Made by a program: the position numbers and the translations under genes. Positions 17,450-24,489 of a DNA stretch of 28,618 nt are shown piece after piece. Source of the stretch: a virus (lineage: Duplodnaviria > Caudoviricetes); the IMG/VR virus record IMGVR_UViG_3300044676_001095, positions 1 through 28,618 of that record, one strand, 5' to 3'. The notes below the pieces were generated by a model that saw only the letters and a program-made list of their open reading frames with translations, ran no database searches and was not told the origin of the DNA. How positions within the stretch are numbered: position 1 is the stretch's first letter; every line of letters begins with the position of its first letter.

Positions 17450-18738
17450 AACGTAAACGGGTTATACTCCATCTGTGCAATTTGCTGGGGAGGTTTGGTA
17501 AAGTTAGCCCTATTCTCTAGCCCAACAGCTAAATATCTAAACGCATCAGCCGCGTGGCTGGTAAAGTCGTGCAATGGATGGTCACGAAATACCTTGCGGC
17601 GTTCATCAAACTCCTGCCTGTATTGCCGCAGATACTCCAACCCCTCATGGCACTTGTCCTTATCAAAGTAGCATTTAGGTATCAGCATCCTTGCCGCATT
17701 TATTCCGTCAGCAACTTTCATCTTAGGAACTACGCGGAACTTAATGCCAAGAGTGTAAGCAGTCTCTAACCTAGACCTACCGCTACCCAGTTCCCGCACC
17801 TCAATGTCATGCGGTGCCAGGTGGTCGCCATAGGTATAATCTTTCTGGTTAAGTACGTCAGCGTAATGGTCTAAGCCAACCCCGCTACTTTCATAATAAT
17901 CAATTACATTAACAGCACCGCCACGGAATATCTGGGCAAACCAAATAGCCGTTGAATCATTTATACCCAAGTCCCAAGCTGTATGCACTGGGTACATAGG
18001 GTCGTAAGGTATCCGCGTTACCCTGCCATCTTCGTCTGCCGCTGCAATAAGTTTAGCGTAATAAGCACCAATAATAGCAGCCGTGAAGGAACATTCGTAT
18101 TCCTGTTCATATTGTTCTGGTGTCATCTGCGCTTGGGCAGCTTTCAGTTCCTCTGGCTTTACCAAGCCACTCTCACTAGCCTTGACCGTCTTGTGATACC
18201 ATTGGTCAGAACCGTTCTCTACCTCTGACTTGGCAGTCTCTAGCAAATCATAAAAGTGATTATGCCCAGCCGGTGTACCCAAAAAGATAGCAGCCCCCTC
18301 TCTATCGGATAGGGCCGGTCTAACAACCTCCCCCCATACCCTTGGGTTCTGCATACCAAACTCATCGAAAGCACACATATCTAAATAAATGCCACGAAGG
18401 GAGTCAGGGTTTTCTGCCGACAGCAGCATCAATCTGCCGCCATTAGGAAAGTCCACCCGTAATTCTGTCTCATTGAAAGAAACGCCAGGTATCACACCCG
18501 CATAATACTTTACATAATCCCACGCAATACGTTTGGCTTGCGTAAAAGTAGGTGCCACGAAAGCAACCCTTGGACGGGGGAGTTCACAAGTTAAGGCTTT
18601 CTTAATTAACTCATTCACCGCCCAGACCGTTTTGCCAAAGCGTCTGTGCATGACCAACACATTCCACCGCTTTAAGCTATTGTGCATCTCAGCCTGTAAG
18701 GGTCTAGGCTTGTAAGGTATCTTAACTGGTTGTGCCAC
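17446..18738 (-). CDS. terL: Terminase large subunit
   Basis: Walker A HRRFGKT, LRG, Walker B CAFDE, motif III GTP, nuclease WDLG..D and SHAADAFRY. Confidence 0.97.
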   Translation of the reverse strand: MAQPVKIPYKPRPLQAEMHNSLKRWNVLVMHRRFGKTVWAVNELIKKALTCELPRPRVAFVAPTFTQAKRIAWDYVKYYAGVIPGVSFNETELRVDFPNGGRLMLLSAENPDSLRGIYLDMCAFDEFGMQNPRVWGEVVRPALSDREGAAIFLGTPAGHNHFYDLLETAKSEVENGSDQWYHKTVKASESGLVKPEELKAAQAQMTPEQYEQEYECSFTAAIIGAYYAKLIAAADEDGRVTRIPYDPMYPVHTAWDLGINDSTAIWFAQIFRGGAVNVIDYYESSGVGLDHYADVLNQKDYTYGDHLAPHDIEVRELGSGRSRLETAYTLGIKFRVVPKMKVADGINAARMLIPKCYFDKDKCHEGLEYLRQYRQEFDERRKVFRDHPLHDFTSHAADAFRYLAVGLENRANFTKPPQQIAQMEYNPFTL

Positions 18739-19117
18739 CGTCAGTCTCCCACAGTATTCTTACAGTACCGTCACTCACCTCTACGCCAGCACGGTTCTTG
18801 GCCTCGCCAAACTTCTCAGGTAACACCTTGCCTACCTTCCAGCGCACATGATGAGCATAGTCCCTCAACACATGCGGGTTGTAATCCTTAACTCCGTGTA
18901 GCGCATCGCTATACAAGGTGTCTAGTTCTTCTAATGCTTTTTCTGCGCTGTACTGCTGTGCCTCTTTCACAGCCGCTGCAAACTCCTCATCGCGCTTGCA
19001 ACGCTGGTAGAACGCAGTTCTGGATACGCCAGTGGCTTCGCACACATCAACAATGCTATGCCCGTCAGCTATGCTGGATAAGATAATGTCAGTGCGTTGC
19101 TTTGTTAGTTTGGTCAT
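18722..19117 (-). CDS. terS: Terminase small subunit
   Basis: N-terminal HTH (IADGHSIVDVCEATGVSRTAFY), RWKVGKVLPEKFGE motif. Overlaps the terL start. Confidence 0.9.
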   Translation of the reverse strand: MTKLTKQRTDIILSSIADGHSIVDVCEATGVSRTAFYQRCKRDEEFAAAVKEAQQYSAEKALEELDTLYSDALHGVKDYNPHVLRDYAHHVRWKVGKVLPEKFGEAKNRAGVEVSDGTVRILWETDGGTTS

Positions 19118-19179
19118 GTAGTTCTGCCTGTGTGTTGTGAAGGACTATTTAACATATATAAAGCGCGGCGGTCGCTGTC

Positions 19180-19208
19180 GGGGGTATCGCCTCTCAAAAC
19201 ATACCCCC
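19180..19208. repeat. Inverted repeat upstream of terS
   Basis: GGGGGTAT-13 nt-ATACCCCC. Confidence 0.75.
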
Positions 19209-19439
19209 CTATGCCCGGACTGTTGCAGATATGTCACACTGTTGCATTATTGCCACACCATGCAATGTGTGATAGCCTTGCGCCGTTGCATTGCAGCGCG
19301 TGTCATTCTGTGTTCTGTGCGTGTTGTGAAATACAAATCCAACCATTCCCAAAACAAATCTAAACAAATTCAACACTTGCCACACTTATATATATAAACA
19401 AAACTTTTTGCCATGTGTAAACTTTTTTTACATTGTGCT

Positions 19440-19469
19440 GTTGACAAGGCGCAATATGTGCGCTATCTA
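19440..19469 (+). promoter_or_regulatory. Sigma70-type early promoter
   Basis: TTGACA (19441-46), 17 nt, TATCTA. Also fits the alphaproteobacterial CTTGAC-N17-CTATAT pattern. AT-rich upstream with TGTAAA-N5-TTTACA at 19416-32. Confidence 0.8.
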
Positions 19470-19504
19470 ACAATCAAGACAACAAAACCTTGGAGGGTTA
19501 CACA

Positions 19505-19735
19505 ATGTTTAAACTGAATCCAAAACGCCATGCACAACGCCTTATGTTTGTATTCGGCACACTGTTTATCTGTGCAATCGGCATAACAGCCGGTGGCGGT
19601 CTTATTATGGAATCAATACCGCATCAACAGCTAGGCTTTTGGCTTGGCCTTGGCATGGCCTTTGTCGGGCTGTTTACAATCTTTTGGTCATGGCTTGGCT
19701 TTGCCTTTGCCGCTATTGACTGTCGCAACGCTTAA
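19505..19735 (+). CDS. Early two-TM membrane protein
   Basis: Start moved to the ATG after the GGAGGG RBS. Two long hydrophobic segments. Confidence 0.8.
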   Translation: MFKLNPKRHAQRLMFVFGTLFICAIGITAGGGLIMESIPHQQLGFWLGLGMAFVGLFTIFWSWLGFAFAAIDCRNA

Positions 19736-19753
19736 ACCTTGGAGGGTTACAAC

Positions 19754-19993
19754 ATGACTATCACTGTTTCATATTCAATCGACATACTGGACACCAATCC
19801 CACTAAAATGGTGTTTGATAATGTCAACGACGCGCACGACTGGATTCACGACGAAGTGGCGCGGCGCGTTCAACATGCGGTTGACCATTCGCCTTATACA
19901 CTTTCAGAGACTGATATCCAGGATTTAGAGGCCAATGAATATACATTGGTATCTATTACCGACGGTGTCGTTACTGAATTTATGTGTATATAA
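19754..19993 (+). CDS. Early hypothetical protein
   Basis: ATG after the repeat RBS; acidic, 79 aa. Confidence 0.8.
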   Translation: MTITVSYSIDILDTNPTKMVFDNVNDAHDWIHDEVARRVQHAVDHSPYTLSETDIQDLEANEYTLVSITDGVVTEFMCI

Positions 19994-20015
19994 ACAAACC
20001 TTGGAGGGCTAAACA

Positions 20016-20282
20016 ATGTCTAAAACAAAACTCACAATTTGGTATCACTCAGCATCACCGCCACAAATCATCGGCAGTCATAACAACGGCTGTTTCATCG
20101 GCAGCTATGATGGATTGCATGAAACGCTAGTGACTGCAAACAACTTGGCGCGTCCCTGGCGTTCACAAGTTATTACACAAGACCATGATGGTGACTATCA
20201 TCTGTTTCAGACTGACAAACATTGGCGCGACTATCCATCTAAAGATACGTTTGCCGCAACATATGAAACCATAAAAGCATAA
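20016..20282 (+). CDS. Early hypothetical protein
   Basis: ATG after the repeat RBS; 88 aa. Confidence 0.8.
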   Translation: MSKTKLTIWYHSASPPQIIGSHNNGCFIGSYDGLHETLVTANNLARPWRSQVITQDHDGDYHLFQTDKHWRDYPSKDTFAATYETIKA

Positions 20283-20285
20283 CAA

Positions 20286-20355
20286 CGGCTGGCACGGGCA
20301 ACCGTGCCGCTTCATAGTTTGCTGTTCAGGCGGCAACCTATGCGGCGAATAGCCG
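20286..20355 (+). ncRNA. Candidate structured intergenic RNA (multi-hairpin)
   Basis: GGCACGG-GCAA-CCGTGCC (20291-308); 13-bp stem 20313-25/20330-42 with two G-U pairs and one mismatch; CGGCT/AGCCG closing stem. Confidence 0.5.
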
Positions 20356-20385
20356 ACAACGCAACAAACCTTGGAGGGTTACACA

Positions 20386-20721
20386 ATGCAAAAGATAGAC
20401 ACACAAGAACAGTTATTCCAGCAATGCAAACACATTGCAGACCAAATCGATTCAGGCGAATACGAAACGCACGACTCAGATGAACCATGCAACGCCTATG
20501 ACTATTTATCGGATGCGCTAGACATAGAATACACCGTGAATAGCCAAGGCGAATATTTAGGCGCAAGAGTGCTAGTCGCCTACGGCGGCCCGAATATCTG
20601 GATTAACACACGCACCAAAACCATTGAGGGCTATTGGTGGTCTGATAAAGCAGAGGCTTATTATCACGATGATGCGCTAGGCTTAGATGATGCCTTGGCT
20701 GAGTTATGGGCTTGCAAATAG
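20386..20721 (+). CDS. Early acidic hypothetical protein (LVAYGGPNIWI motif)
   Basis: ATG after the repeat RBS; 111 aa. Confidence 0.85.
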   Translation: MQKIDTQEQLFQQCKHIADQIDSGEYETHDSDEPCNAYDYLSDALDIEYTVNSQGEYLGARVLVAYGGPNIWINTRTKTIEGYWWSDKAEAYYHDDALGLDDALAELWACK

Positions 20722-20733
20722 GGAGGGCAACCG

Positions 20734-20928
20734 ATGAGAAAATACAACATAAACGCAGACAAATATCTGCGGGTGACTGCATGGCTAGCGGCACGTTATG
20801 CCATGCAGGACAAGCACGGGCGGCGATGGCTGCCAAGAAAACGCAACGGCAAGCCGACCAGATACCACAGGCTGCACCAAGCGTTCTTTGAACGGTACGT
20901 TTTAGACACTATGAATTGGAGAGACTAG
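20734..20928 (+). CDS. Early basic hypothetical protein
   Basis: GGGAGGG RBS; 64 aa, Arg-rich. Confidence 0.75.
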   Translation: MRKYNINADKYLRVTAWLAARYAMQDKHGRRWLPRKRNGKPTRYHRLHQAFFERYVLDTMNWRD

Positions 20929-20930
20929 CC

Positions 20931-21065
20931 ATGAACAGAGGCGCAATAGAACTTATCAACGGCACGATATTTCTGCTGGTTATGGGTGTTGTCATATATG
21001 GCTTGATGGGTGCCGAGGCTTGGCTCTGGCAAGCTATCAAATGGGCAATAGACACATTTGCCTAG
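20931..21065 (+). CDS. Small single-TM membrane protein (44 aa)
   Basis: Not in the track. MNRGAIELINGTIFLLVMGVVIYGLMGAEAWLWQAIKWAIDTFA, GGAGA RBS, fills the gap exactly. Confidence 0.75.
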   Translation: MNRGAIELINGTIFLLVMGVVIYGLMGAEAWLWQAIKWAIDTFA

Positions 21066-21073
21066 TATCACTA

Positions 21074-21103
21074 CCCATTGACGGGCAAAGGCCTGTCAGT
21101 GGG
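21074..21103 (+). other. RNA hairpin (processing site or weak terminator)
   Basis: CCCATTGACGGGC-AAAG-GCCTGTCAGTGGG: 13 bp, both deviations are G-U pairs on the + strand. Confidence 0.65.
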
Positions 21104-21138
21104 CTTCAAATCGCTATTAAACCATAGGAGGGTATAAA

Positions 21139-21450
21139 ATGGCTACTAAAAAACAAGTAGAAGAACTGAACCAAGTAATTGATGCGCTTGAACATGAACT
21201 TGAAACAGCAAACAACACAATGCGGTTTCTAGTAGAGAAAGCCAGGCATGAATTGCTAGACGTACACAACTCAATAAACACCATACTGCAAAACATGGAT
21301 GAATGTGAGGGTGACTTTTGGTTCTCTGATTTGCAACGGCTGAGAAAGACGCGAGACAATATCAGAGAGTCGGCAAGCATCGAACCGCCAAAAGATGATG
21401 AAGGCAAGGCCATGTGGTACTGCCATGAATGGGTATTGAAGGGAGAATAA
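21139..21450 (+). CDS. Coiled-coil hypothetical protein
   Basis: AGGAGGG RBS; 103 aa with heptad pattern. Confidence 0.8.
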   Translation: MATKKQVEELNQVIDALEHELETANNTMRFLVEKARHELLDVHNSINTILQNMDECEGDFWFSDLQRLRKTRDNIRESASIEPPKDDEGKAMWYCHEWVLKGE

Positions 21451-21452
21451 AC

Positions 21453-21677
21453 ATGTACCTAGTATTCGCAACCATAGCTTACCGCAGCAATGCGGTAGGT
21501 CAAACAACCGAGGTTCAATCTTGGGATTGCTTCGACACGGCAGAGAAAGCGCGGCAACACATGCGGCACCTAATCCATCAACACGACATGGATTTGCTTG
21601 ACGTTGGCGTGGCAACCATCACCGACAGCATCCGAGAGGAATTGCTGAGAAAGCAACCAATGGGCTTAGAGGATTAG
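21453..21677 (+). CDS. Hypothetical protein
   Basis: Start moved to ATG 21453 behind a GGGAG RBS. Confidence 0.7.
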   Translation: MYLVFATIAYRSNAVGQTTEVQSWDCFDTAEKARQHMRHLIHQHDMDLLDVGVATITDSIREELLRKQPMGLED

Positions 21678-21681
21678 AGAC

Positions 21682-21855
21682 ATGACACCATCTGAATTTA
21701 GAGAAAGGCGGCAGTTCCTGGGCTATACGCAGCAGGGAATCGCTGAAAGGTTGGGTCTGTCTCGCAGAAGCGTACAAGCCTATGAGTCGGGCGAAACAAG
21801 TATCAGCCGAGTCATAGAAATGGCTATTGAAGCTATCGAATTGGAGGAGAAATGA
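21682..21855 (+). CDS. XRE-family HTH protein (57 aa)
   Basis: Not in the track. MTPSEFRERRQFLGYTQQGIAERLGLSRRSVQAYESGETSISRVIEMAIEAIELEEK. GAGG RBS; ATGA overlap with the next gene. Confidence 0.9.
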   Translation: MTPSEFRERRQFLGYTQQGIAERLGLSRRSVQAYESGETSISRVIEMAIEAIELEEK

Positions 21856-22154
21856 ACGAGACAAAAAGACAACAGCTAGAAGTCGCTTTGGAACTTATAC
21901 AAAAGGCAAAGAAGATTGTGATTGATACGCGCAGAGAGGAGGAGGCGTGCTTCAAAGACTTGCCCTTGTATAATACAGACGAAGGCAGAGAAAGCCTCAA
22001 CTCATTAAGCGGTATGTGTGCTGTCAATAGGTTCTTAAAAGAGGCTATCGAAGAACTATACCTGACTATAGATGGTATAGATGCTGACCTAGAATGGTTT
22101 ACACCTGAAGGCTTGCCAAATGGTGATTGGCCTATTGATAGGGCAGACGATTAG
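21852..22154 (+). CDS. Hypothetical helical protein
   Basis: GGAGG RBS; 100 aa. Confidence 0.8.
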   Translation: MNETKRQQLEVALELIQKAKKIVIDTRREEEACFKDLPLYNTDEGRESLNSLSGMCAVNRFLKEAIEELYLTIDGIDADLEWFTPEGLPNGDWPIDRADD

Positions 22155-22176
22155 AGAGGAGAGAAACGGGTGCTAT

Positions 22177-22289
22177 GCTTTGCAAGTTATATATAACTTG
22201 CAGAGCTTAGCAAGTTATACATCCAGATTTTTTATATCAATATTATCTTGGTTTGCTTAGCAAGTTTTATATAACTTGTTTTATATAAC
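22177..22289. repeat. AT-rich palindrome/iteron cluster, candidate replication origin
   Basis: Perfect 22-bp palindrome TGCAAGTTATATATAACTTGCA (22181-202). GCTTWGCAAGTTWTA at 22177, 22205 and 22255. GTTTTATATAAC at 22264 and 22278. Non-coding. Confidence 0.8.
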
Positions 22290-22302
22290 ACCGCTACTGC
22301 GG

Positions 22303-22330
22303 ATTATACAAAGCAGCAAAAACCTGTCAA
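22303..22330 (-). promoter_or_regulatory. Consensus sigma70 promoter firing leftward into the repeat cluster
   Basis: Minus strand TTGACA (22330-25), 16 nt, TATAAT (22308-03). Confidence 0.7.
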
Positions 22331-22367
22331 CCATAAATTTATAACGCATTGAAAAGGAGGGTTTCAC

Positions 22368-23168
22368 ATGCAGATAATCACACGACAAGAAGCAAAAGAG
22401 AAAGGGCTGGGCTGTTACTTTACAGGCAAGGCTTGTAAGCGTGGACATGTGGATAAGAGGCGCACTTCAAATGGCATTTGCTGTGAGTGTGAGAAAGAAA
22501 ACTGTAATTCACCTAGCTACAAAAATTACAAAGCCCAGTGGCATCAGGAAAACAAGCAGAGAACAAAAAAGATACGGGAGAAAAGATACCAAGAAAAAAA
22601 GGATGAAATATTGCAGAAACAAAACGCATACTATCATCGCAACAAAGATTGGATATTGAAGCAACAAGCTGAGTATTATTATTCAAGAAGGGACGGGATT
22701 CTAGAGGAAAGAAGGGCTAAGTATGCGGCACTCCCTCAATGCGAACGAGATAAAATATACAAAAAAAATCGAGAATGGAAAGTTGCTAACCACGAAAGGT
22801 ATGCGTTGGCAAAAAAAGAATGGGCGAAGCGTAATCACGAAAGATTGAAACCAATTTATGCGGCACACTCCAGAACCAGACAGTCCAAAAAACGGATGGC
22901 TTGTCCCTCATGGGTGGATAAGAATCAAATTGAACAAATTTACTTACGTAGACAAGAGATTTCTAATGATACAGGCGTTGAGTATCATGTTGACCACTAC
23001 TACCCTTTACGGGGCAAAACAATATGTGGCTTGCATGTGCCGTGGAACTTGCAAATCATCACAGCAGAAGAAAACGCCGCCAAAGGCAACAAGATGCCAG
23101 AAGAATTTTACGGGGCTAATCACACAATGAGTCAGCAGCCAGCATCAGCCAAGTATCAAACGAGATAA
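22368..23168 (+). CDS. HNH endonuclease with N-terminal Zn-binding domain and charged helical linker
   Basis: YFTGKACKRGH...CCEC at the N-terminus; HVDHYYPL.G..ICGLHVPWNLQ.I...EN..K.N HNH motif. AAGGAGG RBS. Confidence 0.92.
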   Translation: MQIITRQEAKEKGLGCYFTGKACKRGHVDKRRTSNGICCECEKENCNSPSYKNYKAQWHQENKQRTKKIREKRYQEKKDEILQKQNAYYHRNKDWILKQQAEYYYSRRDGILEERRAKYAALPQCERDKIYKKNREWKVANHERYALAKKEWAKRNHERLKPIYAAHSRTRQSKKRMACPSWVDKNQIEQIYLRRQEISNDTGVEYHVDHYYPLRGKTICGLHVPWNLQIITAEENAAKGNKMPEEFYGANHTMSQQPASAKYQTR

Positions 23169-23526
23169 TCGCAGTGCTTTGCTTGCTGACATAGCTGGGG
23201 CTAATGCTAGAGAGAAACACCACACAGCAGATGGGTTGCCTATCATACTTGTAAATCAGAACGGGTTGTGTACCAGCAGAGAGAGAGGCAGTGACAACCT
23301 GTTCCCACCATTCCCTGCGATAGAAAACAGAACCGTTGCTGTTGTATCTCTTACACTCAATCGTCCAGCCAGGTAGCCCGATTAAATCGCCGTGGTCGCC
23401 AGACCTGTATTGTTCTAAGTCTCTCTTCACCTCAATGTCATACCCTGTGTAGTCTTGGAACCATTGGTTAATCTTTGTGGCACATTCGCGTTCAAATGAG
23501 GCACCTTTGTTTCTGCTATTTGTCAT
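23116..23526 (-). CDS. PD-(D/E)XK nuclease, Holliday-junction-resolvase-like
   Basis: NSRNKGASFERE...GDL...IECKRY...WW.Q...PVLIY. ATGA coupling favours start 23526. Confidence 0.8.
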   Translation of the reverse strand: MTNSRNKGASFERECATKINQWFQDYTGYDIEVKRDLEQYRSGDHGDLIGLPGWTIECKRYNSNGSVFYRREWWEQVVTASLSAGTQPVLIYKYDRQPICCVVFLSSISPSYVSKQSTAIISFDTWLMLAADSLCD

Positions 23527-24044
23527 AGCCAACCTACCTTTGTATCTGTTGCTTTACCATCCCACACAAACCAAGCATAGGCAGTAATCCCGCTACCACT
23601 AGGTTTCTCATCACCGCGCCAAATAGTCAGACGTTGAGAGAAAACCCACACCCTAGCTGGCCTATGCCAATCGAACAGAGAAACGCGCCGCTTCTTTCCC
23701 TCAAGAAACGACAGGCGCAACAACCAGCAATGTTTTCTGGCCTGTAAGCTAATAGCTTTCTGTATGAACGCTTCAGCATGTTTGTATGGCGGGTTCGTAA
23801 CTATGTTGGGGGCAAGTAACCGCGACCCCATTAGGAAATCAACACCAGACTTACCGTAGCCATAATCATTTAAGTCTGTGCTAGTCACAGAATAGTAATG
23901 CGAGAAAGGTTCAGAGATAGCACCATCACCGCAAGCTGGTTCCCATATTCCACCTTCGAAACTTTCAACATCCATCAATGCTTCAACAGCGACTAAAGGC
24001 GTGGGGTAAAAATCATCCTTCTGCCTAGTGGTAGTAGTTGCCAT
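23523..24044 (-). CDS. DNA N6-adenine methyltransferase
   Basis: DDFYPTP, WEPACGDG (SAM binding), IVTNPPY (catalytic), YAWFVW. Start probably ATG 24044 behind GGAG/GGAAG. Confidence 0.9.
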   Translation of the reverse strand: MATTTTRQKDDFYPTPLVAVEALMDVESFEGGIWEPACGDGAISEPFSHYYSVTSTDLNDYGYGKSGVDFLMGSRLLAPNIVTNPPYKHAEAFIQKAISLQARKHCWLLRLSFLEGKKRRVSLFDWHRPARVWVFSQRLTIWRGDEKPSGSGITAYAWFVWDGKATDTKVGWL

Positions 24045-24252
24045 CTTCCAACTCCACATGAATCACAAACTCAGCAGCTTCCTCTTTATCCACCTTGCCC
24101 CAGCCGCCACACATCTCACAATCAACTATCTCACTATCAAGATAACCGCCACGCATATGGTCAATCACCTCAACCTCAATCTCATATTTGCCTTCGCCGC
24201 CACACAGCGGGCAGTCAACCTCATCGTCCATGGTGCTGTTCGTAGAAGTCAT
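24025..24252 (-). CDS. DnaJ-type zinc-finger mini-protein
   Basis: CPLCGGEG...CEMCGGWG (CxxCxGxG x2). Start 24252 or 24231. Confidence 0.8.
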   Translation of the reverse strand: MTSTNSTMDDEVDCPLCGGEGKYEIEVEVIDHMRGGYLDSEIVDCEMCGGWGKVDKEEAAEFVIHVELEDGNYYH

Positions 24253-24421
24253 TAGCTTTCACCCTTCCGTCTGTTGCTAGAGAAATGCGCCGCATAGTTT
24301 CCGGCGTTGGGAAACGCTGATTAGATAGTATGCGTGATACAGCAGAGACAGACAAGCCAGCTTTCCTAGCAAACCGTCTTATGCTAAGTCTTTGTTCTCT
24401 AATGTAATCTTTCAAAAACAT
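24221..24421 (-). CDS. Cro-like HTH regulator
   Basis: LKDYI...LSIRRFARKAGLSVSAVSRIL...RFP....RI..ATDG.V.ANDF. Confidence 0.88.
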   Translation of the reverse strand: MFLKDYIREQRLSIRRFARKAGLSVSAVSRILSNQRFPTPETMRRISLATDGRVKANDFYEQHHGR

Positions 24422-24470
24422 ACTGCACTATAATATAGTGTTGACAGATTGGCAATGGGTTGCTAAGACA
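24422..24470. promoter_or_regulatory. Overlapping divergent promoters with palindromic operator candidate
   Basis: Leftward TTGCCA (24455-50)-17-TATAGT (24432-27). Rightward TTGACA (24441-46)-17-TAAGAC. Palindrome CACTATA-A-TATAGTG at 24426-40. Confidence 0.75.
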
Positions 24471-24489
24471 GTCTTATTGGAGGGTCAAA

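Larger units (their letters stand above)
19485..20388 (+). repeat. Dispersed leader repeat AAACCTTGGAGGG(T/C)T...ATG, 4 copies (19485, 19734, 19996, 20366); variant at 21119
   Basis: Copies 1 and 4 are identical over 23 bp (AAACCTTGGAGGGTTACACAATG). Each copy contains the RBS and ends at a start codon. Confidence 0.95.

Noticed and set aside
875-18715. Numerous plus-strand ORFs opposite the structural genes (e.g. 4503-5198, 9389-9832)
   Set aside because: Antisense shadows of well-supported genes, with no RBS and no recognisable motifs.
1-19117. Diversity-generating retroelement, as in BPP-1
   Set aside because: No reverse transcriptase or TR/VR repeat pair seen in the window.
19130-19397. 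Two Cys/His-rich ORFs in the divergence region
   Set aside because: GTG starts, no RBS and low-complexity TG-rich composition. More likely non-coding.
20286-20355. Hammerhead or HDV/theta ribozyme (GGCGAAU resembles HDV J4/2)
   Set aside because: No CUGANGA/GAAA core, and no nested P1/P3/L3 pseudoknot could be built.
19490-20385. Shared N-terminal peptide MEGY(T/N)M in several ORFs (also MEGRV at 25371)
   Set aside because: Artefact of the ORF caller starting at the TTG inside the repeated RBS (TTG GAG GGT). The true starts are the downstream ATG/GTG.
19485-20388. CRISPR array or attC-type integron array interpretation of the leader repeats
   Set aside because: Spacing is 250-370 bp and filled by whole genes. 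The repeats are RBS-centred, and there is no cas or integrase gene.
23116-24044. MTase plus adjacent nuclease as a restriction-modification pair
   Set aside because: The nuclease matches the common phage resolvase-like family (SRxKGxxFERE), and orphan MTases are usual in such operons.
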